A stretch of DNA of 59,025 nt, counting the filler, from Stramenopiles sp. TOSAG23-6 (Eukaryota), in NCBI GenBank assembly GCA_900128565.1. It is 2 parts of 2 records of this genome, joined end to end, with 100 filler letters (N's around TTAATTAATTAA, not from the genome) between each part and the next. Parts side by side here need not be neighbours in the genome. Positions count along the whole stretch, not along the records: positions 1 to 29,589 come from LT635970.1; 1 more part is not named here. The stretch is one strand, 5' to 3'. The notes below the pieces were generated by a model. The model was given only the letters and a program-made list of their open reading frames with translations, did not search any database and was not told where the DNA came from. The position numbers and the translations under genes are program-made. Below are positions 13,001 to 24,935 of this stretch, piece by piece; position 1 is the stretch's first letter, and each line of letters opens with the position of its first letter.

Positions 13001-16000
13001 GCCGAGATACTTTTGTATTCGATGATACTGATTTCATATCATCCAATATTTGCTCTGAAAATGTGGAACTTTTCCGAATTTCTCCTACTGGAACAGACAT
13101 TTCAGCTGATATACGTATTCGATGTATACCATTCCAACGTTCTTCTTCATACGTACCACGATACCATTTGCCTAATGCCCCACGGACTTCTATTAATTCT
13201 CCATACTCAAGACATCTATTATTTCGTTTTCGGATGATACTTTGTGCAGTAATTGCTGCATTTAAAGCGGAATTACCAAGATGATCTTTTGTGTTGATGT
13301 CCAGTAGTGGTATATTCAAAAATGCACGAAATATATGTAAAACTTCATTAGATGTTGGTCCCTCGGCATGTTGACGAAATATTGTATGAGTAAGCGGAGT
13401 CATTCCATCAATACCACATCGATTTGGGTCAAGTTTTGGTTTTGAAATCTTATCGTTATTAATTAACTCTACAACGATAGCAAGTGCTGTAGGAATGTGT
13501 AATTCACCAAACGATCTACACAAAGCTTCTAATATACACTGTTTTTGTGTTTGTGTCAGTGTTTCGCAAATAGACAGTAAACCACGATATATTTTATCAA
13601 TCTTATCTATCGAAACATTACCAGGAAGATTCTTGATATCATTTTGCTTCCAACCATTTATACTAAAAAAATTGTGCAAGAGACATTGAAGAATTTTAGA
13701 ATGTACTCCACGATCAGTGGAAGCATAATGAAATGCAGTAACATCTTTTCCACACGATAAAGATTTTCTTCTCTTTTCTCTGATTTGTTTCGAACTTTTA
13801 CCTACAACAATAGAAAACAATTCTTCATTGAGCTGTGAATCAAAATCTACTGCATCACATCCACTATCTAATAAAATACCAACTAATGATGCCGCATTAA
13901 CTGATTCAGAATGACATGCCATAGTAAGTGCAGTTTCTCCACTTGGTCTTCTATACGTACTCATCATTGCTGGTGGTATATCCCCCAATAATGTTTTGAT
14001 TTCTTCAAAGTGTTGATCATTACATCCTGAATGAATAAGACTAATTATACGGTCACATTTAAGCATACGAATAACACTTTTAAGACCTGAAACCCAGTGC
14101 ATTTGCTCTTCATAAGTATTGGCCTTGTATGCTTGCACAACTACTTGTTCAAAGAATATTGTATTTGTAGTAGTATCCATAGACTGAGAAAAACGTGGAG
14201 CATCTGATATTCCTCTACGTACTGTACGATTTGTATGAGGTAGCATCGTTGTATCTTGATGTCGCAAAATTATTCCCGATACTTCAAAACTAAATTCTTT
14301 ATTATTGCCTATATTTCCATCCAGTATTGAGACTCTTGAATTGTGTGTCAATCTAAACTTTTTTGAGTATATATTTGGCCGAAATGCAAACGGTACATTA
14401 TTGTTATTAGAATGAGCATTGAATGGAAAATCATTATTATTGGAATGATGGTTGACGGATACATGATTATTATTAGAGTGACTACATTGTGAAGTTAGTG
14501 GATACCCTGAAGATGATCCATTCAGTAATAAGGAGTTAGGGTTTTTAGTAACTCTAAACTCTGAAGATGATCCATTCAGTAAAAAGGAGTACTCGGGACC
14601 TTCTACATGGCAATTTTCATTCAGTACACAATTATTCAAATATTTACTTTGAGTATTGTGTATATTTGAGGAATTTGTATCTTGCATATTACTAGTACCA
14701 TTGAAATTGTGTATATTTGTATCTTGCATATTACTCGTACCATTGAAATTGTGTATACCCGATAATTTCGAATCTCTGCGATTAAAAAAAAAACTTTTAC
14801 TTCTTGGTTTCAAATCTTTTACATCTTTTTTGTGTGTGGGTGAATTTCTGAAAACGATCCAATGCAAAATTGCTTGGAGTTGAAGCAGAAACATCAACAT
14901 CACTATGTGAGCGAGTATTGTGACAAACTGTCCCACGTTTTTGATTTGTTTTCATTATTTTTTCTCTATGAATTTCATTAGAATCAATTTCAGCAAAGCT
15001 TTCGCATCCTCTTTTAGTATTTATATACTCAATCACAGCGTACGCTTGTATGAAGCCACAACTAAAATCACATGTTGAATTTTGAAAATCAACTTTTGAA
15101 GGAAGTTTCTTTGATGACATTGGTAACCTATGACACGAAATTGATTCAATGAATGAATTCTTTGATCTTTGTGTTTTATCATGATAACGTATTGAGCTAT
15201 GAGATTCATCTTTATCATTTATTTGTCCAGTGTTTCGTGAAAAATCTTCATTTATTTCCTTTCTTGATGAATTACCTTCATTTTGACGATATAATGTATT
15301 CATATGATCACTACCAAAATGATTACAGAAATTTGTAACTGAATCGAAACTAACAAGAATACGAAATAACCGATTGTTCCAAGTTTGAAAATGTACGCGA
15401 TTAGAACGCTTCTGTAGTGTTCCTTTCAAAACCTTTTCTTTTACTTTTATTAACATGTATTTTTGGAAAAATATTTCAAAAAAAATTCGTTAGGTACAAA
15501 ATGTCGTACGAAAATAAATTCGAATTTGAAAAAAAATAAAACATACATACAACGGGGAAGACGTTTGATAGGTATTAGAGAGAACCCCATTGGACTTAAG
15601 CCTGTCATATTAACTTTCTCTTTAGTATTTATACAAATATTTTCGATGTGTTTTTGTTCACTTGAACAAATACTATTCTGAGTGTCTTCAACTACCTGGT
15701 TGTTACGTTCGTCAACCGGAAGTATATTTGATTCGTTTTGGTCAATAGACTTTGGTATTTTCGTACATTGGTTTTCAATATTAGTGTTTTCTGGTGACTT
15801 TGTTTTGTTATATATTTCAGCATTGAATGATTGGTTTATTCTTCGTTCAGCTCGTGAAAGTTCTAACTGTACTAAGTCCCTTGCAGAGTTGTAAGCATCT
15901 ATACCAAACTCCTCAATAATAGCTTTCTTCACAATTTGATACGTGATTTCCAAAGGGTTATACTCCATAATCATTATACGAGCCCTTCTTGCCACTTCTA

Positions 16001-16109
16001 TATCAGTGGATATCATTGATAGTTCATATTTCAAACCAGCCTTCTGAGTGTCACTTTGGCCGAGGCTACCACTCCAACAAGGCCCAATATTGTCATTTGG
16101 TGAGTCCAT
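10040..16109 (-). CDS. Large PH-like plus ankyrin-repeat protein. Exon 1 is 16109-15547, then a GT-AT intron 15546-15455, then coding to 10040 with two frame breaks (~14830, ~10918)
   Basis: PH N-terminal motif LKGTLQKRSNRVHFQTWNNRLF and a PH-like end helix EEQMHWVSGL. Ankyrin motifs GETALTMAC, KTALHIALERG, TALHAAARNGH, GRTALHLAAAMGH. Four consecutive ORFs join across these three breaks. Confidence 0.7.
15455..15546 (-). mobile_element. GT-AT family intron, copy A (92 nt)
   Basis: AT|GTATGTTTT...TTTTCGTACGACATTTTGTACCTAAC...CCAAAAATACAT|GTTA. Removal joins ...LPRC-M-LIKVKEK in frame. Confidence 0.8.
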
Positions 16110-16572
16110 GGTTATGATCCTACCTATTTTTATTATACTAACAAGCGCATCGTGTGTTTGGTAACTATGAATAAAGAAAAATACGGTTAATATATTGGCA
16201 TTTTCATTGAAACTACCTAGGCTAGTTTGGTGGTGATTGATTTATAACTATTACAGGGATAATACGAGTTGCTGTAATATTAATAATATGATATGGCTAT
16301 GAAATATTATGCTAATCTGACTGTCAACCTTTGTTTGCAACGACGAATTGGTCATATAAATCGAAATGGTCGGCGGCCATGCCATCAATTTGACAGCACA
16401 AGCGACACGGACAGCAGTCATGACGTCATCTTAGAAGGATATGGATCTGATGGATATTGGATTTACGAACAACAATCTTGAAATCGTTGCACAATTGTAG
16501 TATTTATCTTGCCAATCATGGCATTTTAGGCATAAGTAAGAATCCATAGGTCAGGGGACTTACTCTGAAATA

Positions 16573-19500
16573 ATGTCTACAGATATTATTCATTCTGGTT
16601 CACTACAGATTCGAAAGAGACTTCGTGCATGGAAATCACGAAAGTTTGAACTATCGGCGTCTGGAAGTCTCTATTATTCTAATTGTGATCCAAATGGACA
16701 CCCCAATTCAAAAGATCCTCGATTGTTAATAAATCTACGAGGTAGCATCGGCACAATTATAAAATCTAAATCTAAAGTTGGCAAATTCACTGTTCGTATA
16801 TATAGCTCTAAAAATCGTAAATCCGTGAAACGGAATATTAGGTTACGTGCTAAGAACAGAGTTTTGAGTGAAAAATGGATTTCTGTGTTTGGTATGTTTT
16901 TGAGTGGTGATAATTCTGATGATGATAGTATCGAGCATGAAAATATCTGGTTCACAGCACAAAGTGAATATTCAGATGCTGATGAATCAAAGTGTGCAGA
17001 TGATACATGCAACGTAGATGATCACGAAAACGTTGCTGACTCTTATTTGTTTCAAATGGATGACTGTCGACACGGCATTGAACTATTCCATATGAATATG
17101 TTTGATGATGCTGAACGTTATTTTCAATCAAAACATAAAAGTGATCCTGAATTTGCATCAGGATATGCTTTGATGAGTACAGTCCGTATGTTTATTTTTT
17201 TTCAATTTCGATTTTTTTTCGTACGAAATGTTGTACCTAACAAAAAACATTACAAAACATTTTTTTTTTTCGCAATACATGTGCATTTATGACTTTTGAA
17301 GCAACAGATATGCAAGTAGCTTGTCAGCGTCTTTGTGCAGCAGAAGTATTGGCCCTGGAACAGAAGAAATATTTTTCCCGTGATAATGCCGGAGAAAAAG
17401 GTTTCTTTGGATTTCGTTATTCGACAGTCAATAGTAAAAATATAGATTCTGATAGTAAAATAGATTATCAGGCTAAAGATAATACTGATAGAAAAATAAA
17501 TACAGCTGATAACAATAATATATCAAAAAATAATGAAAACAATAGGAAATTAAAGAGCACTTTATACCATTTATGTGCAGCAGATTCTCTATTATTTAGA
17601 TCACTTTTATTATTTTTAGAAGAGTCGTTTATTTCTAGTATTAAAGGTGCTTGGCTATTACGGAAATCCTTTAAAACTTTCGAATCCTCGTGGTTACACT
17701 TAAATCCTGGTAGAACAATTGGCGATCATCTGAGTCATATATTTCATAAGTTACTCGAAGATAATGGCAATATTTCAGGTAATTTTAATGGTATACAACA
17801 AATAACACTTAGTCATTCACCTGTGCAAAGCTGTAGTGGTCGGAAATGTATTCATAGTCATGTATCTAATGATATTCATAGTCATGTATCTAATGATATT
17901 CATAGTCGTGTATCCAATGACAATGGAAATAAAAGTAATAATTATAATATCATAAATAAGAAAGCAAATCAAACATTAAGTCTTACTACTAGGAGTCCTT
18001 CGTTATCAGTTCGTACGTATTGTGCAAGTAGCTTTGGTTTAGGTCTGTTTAGTACTATAATTTCACAATTACCTCCCAAAGTAAAAAAAGTTATTGAAAT
18101 TTTAGGTTTCAATGGTGATTTAAAATTTGGTCTCACGGAATTACGACGAGCACAAACATTAGATTGCTTCCATTCATCATTATCTGCATTATTACATATT
18201 GGGTTACTCACTCTTCGACTGATATTTGGCATATTCCGTGATAATTCAATGATGAAAGAAGCAAGTGAAGTTTTAAAAGTAAACAGGGATCGATTTCCAT
18301 TGTCTGCAGTATTTCGTTTTTTCAATGGTAGACTACTTCGGTGTAAAGGTCGAATTGATAAAGCATACGAAATGTATACCGAAACATTACAGCTCAAACA
18401 CAATCAAATGAATAAAATAAAAGAAGTTTTCATGAATCCTTCCGAAAAGCAAAATATGGAAGAACAAGATATATCTTCTGGAAAACGATACGTTCAATTA
18501 GATCATCTTTGCCATTACGAATTAGGTTGGTGTTGTTTACTAACTGGAAGACCAGTTGAAGCAGCATCACACTTTGAAGTTTTATCGAATAATTCAAAAT
18601 GGTCACCAGCGTTTTATTCGTATCTTGCAGCTGTTTCTCATTTAGAAGCTGCAAAGTCATTACGATCTAAAATAAACACATATTGTTTATCGTGCAAAAC
18701 GTCTGAAAATATTGCATCAATGGAAAGGACTATATATCGAGAATCAGCCATTGCAGAAAAATTATTTTTTAAAGTTCCATCTTTGGCAAGATCAGTAGGA
18801 TTTTGTGGTCGGCCTATACCTACTGAACAATATGTCATTGCAAAATCAAAGGAATATTTGAATAATATCGAAACTAGAATTCCACTTGATCGTTTATTAG
18901 TACCTCAATGGGAAATAATGCATTTTTGGTCTACTGAACGTCAGAGTTGTCATGATAATCACCTCTTACAAACATTGTTACGAATTAATGAAACATTGTT
19001 TGAAAAATACACAACTAATATCTGTCCTAATTGTCGTTGCTGTACAACACCCAAAAATAAACTTACACACTCGATCATATCGTCGAATTTATACAAAACT
19101 AAATCTCATTTAAAACCAAATGAACTATCTATTTGTTGGTTTCTTCGAGGTGCTGTATTGCAAGAGCTAGCAAGATATAGTGAAGATGGAAATGACGTCG
19201 TATTGTCATTATTTTCTGATGTAATATTTGATAATAATGAATCACAAAACGTAAAAACACAGAAAGTATCATTTGCATTTCTTGAAGAAGAAGCTCGTAA
19301 AAATCTTGAGAAAGTTATCAAAGATAGTAAGTTTATGACAAATTCTAAACCATACACAGGAGCAATGTGGACAGTGGCCCATGCATATACAGAACTGGGT
19401 ATTCTTGATATTCGCGCGGTGAGTCGAAGTAATTACAATGTTAGCAGAGATGACTCTTTATTGAAACGTGGGATAGAAAAATTTAATCTTGCAAAAAAGT

Positions 19501-19583
19501 CTTCACACAATACAACATTTGAAAGTCGACTCGCGTATCGTTTACAGGGAGCAATGTCGTATCTTAAAAAGTTAAAAGAATAA
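16573..19583 (+). CDS. TTC39: PH domain plus TTC39/IML2-family TPR-like protein; exons 16573-17185 and 17281-19583
   Basis: N-terminal PH (GSLQIRKRLRAWKSRKFEL...EKWI). TTC39 motifs GIELFHMNMFDDAE, RAFMTFE (after splicing), FGLGLFSTIISQLPP..KVIEILGF.GD..GL, HLCHYELGW, KWSPAFYSYL, FESRLAYRL. Confidence 0.85.
17186..17280 (+). mobile_element. GT-AT family intron, copy B (95 nt)
   Basis: C|GTATGTTT...TTTCGTACGAAATGTTGTACCTAAC...CGCAATACAT|GTGCA. Removal gives GYALMSTV-R-AFMTFE. An AT-AC reading here would frameshift. Confidence 0.85.
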
Positions 19584-19858
19584 TAAAGGGTTAATTTCAC
19601 GAATGAAAATTCTTTAAATAAAATTCTCTATAGTAATGATGATTGAAAATGGAAAGGGTGGAAGAACTGTTGGGCAACCCACGGGGTATGTACCATATTT
19701 TTTAAATAATACTAAATAAAAAGACAAATTCCAATTTATTATGATTACTACTTTTTATTGTAATACACAGGACAATATTGCCCTAAAATAAAATGATTCA
19801 AAATCATGTCTCAAATTTCATCGAATAGCTATGCTGCTCTTCTAATCCATAGATAATT

Positions 19859-22612
19859 TTAGAAAGAAGACATGCTAACTTGCTGGACCTTGGTTTTAAG
19901 TTCAGCATTCACTTCAGGAAGGAGAATATCGACAATTTGTCCAATAGCTGTACCTGTAGCGTTGTATTTTTGCTCTTCATACGAATGATAAACTTCAACA
20001 CAATGTTTGGTAATATCAACTCTGCGATTGACCAAAATTCGTCCTTCTTGAGAAAGAACATGTAACCATCCGTGGTGTTCTTCTAAACTGGAAATGACAA
20101 CATTGACACGCTCTTCAACGTTTTTGAAATCGGTAGCACTGCCACAATCGTGAAGAGCTAATTTGACATCTTGAACGACAACACCGAGTAGTGAGAAAGC
20201 ACTCTTGAATAAAGTAATTTTGTGTTTCTGTGTAAACGCACTTTTGAATGTTGCAGCAGCAGTGTTAAGATTTTCATGAATATCACGTGCATCAGAAAGA
20301 CAAGCATCAACTTTATCAGTAGTCGCAACCCCGAGGCCTTCAAGAAATCCTTCAACTACTTCAGCGATATCTTCAACATCCTTGACATCAGGTCCAGCAG
20401 CAGTAAGCATCAATTCATTATATGCAACAGCTTGGGGAAGTAAAGCGTTAACAATATCTCCTATTGCTTTTCCCACTTTCTTGTAATCCTTTGCTTCAAA
20501 TGAAGTAAATAATTCAATAGCATCTTTAGTAAGTTCCTTTCGTTCTGTGAAAATAAGTACAACACCATCTTTGATCATTGTTGTCCAATGGTGGTGTTCT
20601 GCGAGCATCGATTCTACCTTTGAAACACGCGCTGCAAAGTTTTGGAATGAAGTAGCTTGGGCACAATCTTTCAATGTTGTATTAACATTGGAAACAACAA
20701 CAGAAAGCTGAGCGAAAGAACTTTTAATAAGCTTGATCTCTTTCTGCTTGAAAGCATTCTTGAATCCAGTAACAGCACCGAGTAAATTCGCATACATACC
20801 TTCTGCATCATGAACACAAGTATCAATCTTGGCATTAGTGGTAATTGAAAGCCCTTCAAGTACACCTTCCAATACTTCAACAATATCTCTAGTGACTTCC
20901 TCAGCTTCTGCAGCTTTATCCTTGATAGATTCGTAACTAACAAGCACTGATTGACTATGTGGAGTAAGTATTTCATTAAAAAGCACCGCAATAGCTTTAC
21001 CTGCTTCATTGAATTGTTTAGCCCGAAAAGCAGCATCAATAGCACGTACATCATTAGTCAAATATGTTCCATCAGCAAATATTGCGAGAGAGTCACCAGC
21101 CAGCATTTTTGCCCACCCCTGTGCAAAGTCAGAGCGCACCTTTTGAATAAAAGCTTTCATTCGCTCTTCAAAGGCTCCGAAACTTGGAACTGATTTGCAA
21201 GACTCAAATACAACCTTGGATTCACTCATTAGTTCGAAAAGAGTTCCAACTCCAGCCATTGCTGCAAATTCACTGTGCTCTTTCCAAGCCTTGTAGAAAG
21301 AGTTAAATGTCATTTTAGCATTAGAAAGAAGATCATCATCAATATTACCCATACATTTGACAATATCAGCAGACGTTGCAATACCAAGTCCTTCCATAAT
21401 ACCACCAATAAGCTGTAAAACATCATCGGTAACAACAACAACACCATCAACAATTACAGAAGGTTGATCTTGGAGTGCGACCGCTTGGAGCAGCATTTTC
21501 TTTGGTGGATTAAATATAGCGTCATTCAAGAGCTTAGCTACACTTTTACCAGCTTCTTCAAAATTCATAGACTTAAACGCAGCATCAATGGCTTCAGCAT
21601 CACTTGTGAGAAGAGACATATTGTGCATCATCTCGAGGCCTTCATCTTCAAAGAGAGTTGGTAAACCTTTTGCATACTCTGCCTTCATGTGTTGAGAGAG
21701 ATCATTTAGTTCAACTTTAAATGAGTCAAGTTTTGCCGAAGATTTGCACTGTTTAAAAATTTTTTCTGCATCTTCAAAAAGTGGTTCTAGAGTTGCAAAG
21801 GCAGCCATTTTTGCAAAATAAGAGTGTTCTCCTTTTTCGTAAAGACGTTTGAAAGATTTATAAGAAGAACGAACGTCGTCAGCGAGTTCAGTTTCGACTT
21901 CAGTAAGACATTTTTGAACATCAGATTCATTACCAAGTCCGAGACCTTCAATAAGACCACTAACAAAATCAAGCGATTCCATGCCATAATGTTTCACATC
22001 ATCTTGATTGATTGCAGTGAGGATCACATCAGATTGAGTCAAGCTTACTGTATCAATGAGAGCTTCTGCGATGTCATCGAGGAGTTTACCAATGGTCTGA
22101 CCAGCCAAAACATATTTCTTTTGTTCAAATGCAGAATCAATGGCAGCAATGTCATCGACAAAAACTGTTGCATCACTCATGAAATTATTTGCTTCAGTCT
22201 TTAGGAACTCTTTTGCACCTTTGCGTAGCTGCTGTTTCACACGGTTGACAATCATGTTGACTTCATCTTCGAAAGCTTGTAACTTTGGAACGGATTTACA
22301 AGTCTTGAAAACATCACTAGCTTCATCCATTAGAGAATCAAGAGCACCCATAGCATATATGACATTTTTTTGGCTCTTCTCACGGTATACATTCTTGAAA
22401 GCAACGACAGTGTTATTGACGCTAAGGGCAAGTTTATCCTCAACATCTTCGACACAAACTGTGAGAGTTGAGAGATCGGCAACACCAAGTTTGCCAACGA
22501 GACCTTCGATTACCTTGAGGGCATCTTCAGCAGCAACCTCGGCAGTGTGAACCGTAGTCGCAGCGGTAGCAGTAGTGACAAGCAGAAAGTTTAAAACTGC
22601 AGCGAATTTCAT
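19859..22612 (-). CDS. Secreted protein with five ~180-aa alpha-helical repeats, each with two Cys
   Basis: Signal peptide MKFAAVLNFLLVTTATAA. Repeat starts VIEGLVGKLG, FVSGLIEGLG, LIGGIMEGLG, VLEGVLEGLS, VVEGFLEGLG, and each repeat ends in a G..(I/V)(G/A).(L/I) motif. Confidence 0.85.
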   Translation of the reverse strand: MKFAAVLNFLLVTTATAATTVHTAEVAAEDALKVIEGLVGKLGVADLSTLTVCVEDVEDKLALSVNNTVVAFKNVYREKSQKNVIYAMGALDSLMDEASDVFKTCKSVPKLQAFEDEVNMIVNRVKQQLRKGAKEFLKTEANNFMSDATVFVDDIAAIDSAFEQKKYVLAGQTIGKLLDDIAEALIDTVSLTQSDVILTAINQDDVKHYGMESLDFVSGLIEGLGLGNESDVQKCLTEVETELADDVRSSYKSFKRLYEKGEHSYFAKMAAFATLEPLFEDAEKIFKQCKSSAKLDSFKVELNDLSQHMKAEYAKGLPTLFEDEGLEMMHNMSLLTSDAEAIDAAFKSMNFEEAGKSVAKLLNDAIFNPPKKMLLQAVALQDQPSVIVDGVVVVTDDVLQLIGGIMEGLGIATSADIVKCMGNIDDDLLSNAKMTFNSFYKAWKEHSEFAAMAGVGTLFELMSESKVVFESCKSVPSFGAFEERMKAFIQKVRSDFAQGWAKMLAGDSLAIFADGTYLTNDVRAIDAAFRAKQFNEAGKAIAVLFNEILTPHSQSVLVSYESIKDKAAEAEEVTRDIVEVLEGVLEGLSITTNAKIDTCVHDAEGMYANLLGAVTGFKNAFKQKEIKLIKSSFAQLSVVVSNVNTTLKDCAQATSFQNFAARVSKVESMLAEHHHWTTMIKDGVVLIFTERKELTKDAIELFTSFEAKDYKKVGKAIGDIVNALLPQAVAYNELMLTAAGPDVKDVEDIAEVVEGFLEGLGVATTDKVDACLSDARDIHENLNTAAATFKSAFTQKHKITLFKSAFSLLGVVVQDVKLALHDCGSATDFKNVEERVNVVISSLEEHHGWLHVLSQEGRILVNRRVDITKHCVEVYHSYEEQKYNATGTAIGQIVDILLPEVNAELKTKVQQVSMSSF

Positions 22613-22860
22613 TTTGTGTTTAGCTCTTGAAAATAAGCTATGTTTTGATTATGAAGCTTGTTCGCGTGTGTGACCCTTTGATGTTATATGAAATATTAGC
22701 GCTGTCACTTTTTTGATTGATTGTGTTGACTTTTTTTTTTGCACATTTTTTTTTTTTTTTTTGATGTTCGAACTTCAAAGCCTCCTTCTGACCGACGGCC
22801 AACTCCAAACTCTGTTTCTAAAACTTGCCGAGGTGTCAACACAAAGATCATTACAAGGGT

Positions 22861-24768
22861 ATGATTCCAGAAGAAGTTGTTTTGAAAGATTCACCACAAG
22901 GTCGATACCTTTCTGATTGCTTCAATACAGCCAACGTTCCTCTTACTAGTGTATCGACGGCTGGTCTTTTACCTTCACCCTTGCCCGCCGAGTTTCATAA
23001 TGAAAATGGCGAATCACCATCCGCCGTCACAATGACTGTAGCGCAACGATTCCTATACTACGGCGTCATTGAACGAATATTTTCTTCTAATTTGTCTAAT
23101 ACAAAAAACAATATATATGGGGGGCGTAATTTCCTTGCAAGGTGGGTGGATAAGCTACCACAACCAAATATTTCTATACAGGGTTCATCTATACACGAAA
23201 GTAGTCCATTTGATCCAAATTGTTCTCAAACAGAAACGTGTAACTACAATTTTTGTAAAATTTTTGATTCCACTACAACGCTGACCACTGCAATGCTACG
23301 CTTCTACAAAAGTGTGCGCTCAATTCGTATAAAGATACGGAATTGCGAGTTATTTGCACGTGGTTATAGACTTTCTGCACAGCTACCACCTAAATCTACT
23401 ATTCACCGTTTAGAGTACAGCCAGCATTTTCTTCCAAATGTAAATAGTCAAGATAGCAATATTTCAACAGATACGAAACTTCGACAAAATCTTCAGTGTG
23501 GCATTTTACGTTGTTATTTACTACAAGAACTTGAAAAATGTTCGAATCTACTTTTAGATATCTCTGAATTTATGTCTTCAAAAGATAATATATGTACTAC
23601 TCAGTCGTCTTCAAAAGATAATATATGTACTACTCAGTCTCTGGAATTACTTATCATGCAATCCTTTGATTCAACAAGTGAAACATCTCGCGGTTTTGTA
23701 CCATTTTTAGAGGAGTTACAAAACTCTGAACGTTGTTTTCGGCGACAATGTGAGAATTTTTTCATGACTATTCTACAAAACATAAAATTTTATGATAAAA
23801 AAATTGTGGAAGAATCTAATTTTTCTTCACTTTATCTAATTCTAACCTCTTTGACAGACGTGTTTGAAAAATCCGAAAAACGCGTAGAAAGCTTATTAAA
23901 AAGTGATTCAAGTTGTCGTAAATTATGTGTAGACACTGACGTTACAGCAATAGAGACAAGATCAATAGTTAGTGCAGAAGCTAGTGTTGCAGCTGCTGGA
24001 ATTGTTCATGTAGCTGCAGAACTTCGAATGCAGCTTGAAGCATCTGCCGCAGCATTACTTATTTTACAACAGCATGCACGAAATTTGAAATCTAATACCC
24101 ATTGGCCATCAAATGATGATACTGATAAAATTCCAGGAATAAACAATATCAATAATGTTCATTGTTCTTGGATTGATATAAAAAGTTCTTTAAATGAAAT
24201 AAAGAGTAGAATAGATAATATCAACAATGATATGAAACCCCTTTTAAATGTAGCAGATAAATATATTCAAACACTATGTGATGAAGAACGTAAAGCTCAG
24301 AGTAGCCCTGTACCGCTTATTCATCCTATGAAAAAAAATAAAACAAAATCTAATTTCAATAGTACTAAAGATATTCAAATTTCAGTGAGAGATTCTTGCT
24401 CTAATCGAGATAACTATGGCGACGAAATTATAAAAGACGATGAAAAACAAGATATTAAAAATAAGAAAGATAAAAGTGAAAAGATAATTGAAGTATTTGA
24501 GGTGTATACTGGAGCTTCTACAAATTGCAAATTACCAAATGAATCCAAATGGAATAAACATACAACATTGTTAAAACTTAAAGATCCTGTATTTGCTGAA
24601 TTAACAAATACATTAACACAGTTGCCTTCTTTAGAAGAGAGAAATACAAGGATAGTAGGTGATACCGACAGCAGTGATGAAGATATATCCTATTTTCCTA
24701 CAATATTTTCAAAACATAGTCTTTTGAAAGAACTCAATTGTGTGTTGAAAAGAGACCAAACTGAATGA
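22861..24768 (+). CDS. VEZT: Vezatin-like protein
   Basis: The N-terminus MIPEEVVLKDSPQGRYL resembles animal vezatin EEVVFENSPLYQYL. ELFARGYRLSAQLPP..IHRLE resembles the fungal vezatin EL.SRGYR.S.PLPP.SR.E motif. Recognised from memory, not searched. Confidence 0.65.
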   Translation: MIPEEVVLKDSPQGRYLSDCFNTANVPLTSVSTAGLLPSPLPAEFHNENGESPSAVTMTVAQRFLYYGVIERIFSSNLSNTKNNIYGGRNFLARWVDKLPQPNISIQGSSIHESSPFDPNCSQTETCNYNFCKIFDSTTTLTTAMLRFYKSVRSIRIKIRNCELFARGYRLSAQLPPKSTIHRLEYSQHFLPNVNSQDSNISTDTKLRQNLQCGILRCYLLQELEKCSNLLLDISEFMSSKDNICTTQSSSKDNICTTQSLELLIMQSFDSTSETSRGFVPFLEELQNSERCFRRQCENFFMTILQNIKFYDKKIVEESNFSSLYLILTSLTDVFEKSEKRVESLLKSDSSCRKLCVDTDVTAIETRSIVSAEASVAAAGIVHVAAELRMQLEASAAALLILQQHARNLKSNTHWPSNDDTDKIPGINNINNVHCSWIDIKSSLNEIKSRIDNINNDMKPLLNVADKYIQTLCDEERKAQSSPVPLIHPMKKNKTKSNFNSTKDIQISVRDSCSNRDNYGDEIIKDDEKQDIKNKKDKSEKIIEVFEVYTGASTNCKLPNESKWNKHTTLLKLKDPVFAELTNTLTQLPSLEERNTRIVGDTDSSDEDISYFPTIFSKHSLLKELNCVLKRDQTE

Positions 24769-24935
24769 GAATTAATTTTAATTTTTTTCTGCTTTATAAA
24801 TTTCTGGCCAATTTCACAATAAACAAAACGTTTCACATAATGCAATGCATACAATTCATAATTACACTTGCTATATATAATATATAGTTTCGTGAAATAT
24901 TCAGAAATTTTCATTTGCAAGAAAAAATATTATTT

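Noticed and set aside
2053-16109. Alternative genetic code as the cause of the broken ORFs
   Set aside because: The breaks are frame changes rather than in-frame stops. TAA, TAG and TGA terminate RPL23, AP-1 mu and the HERC gene respectively.
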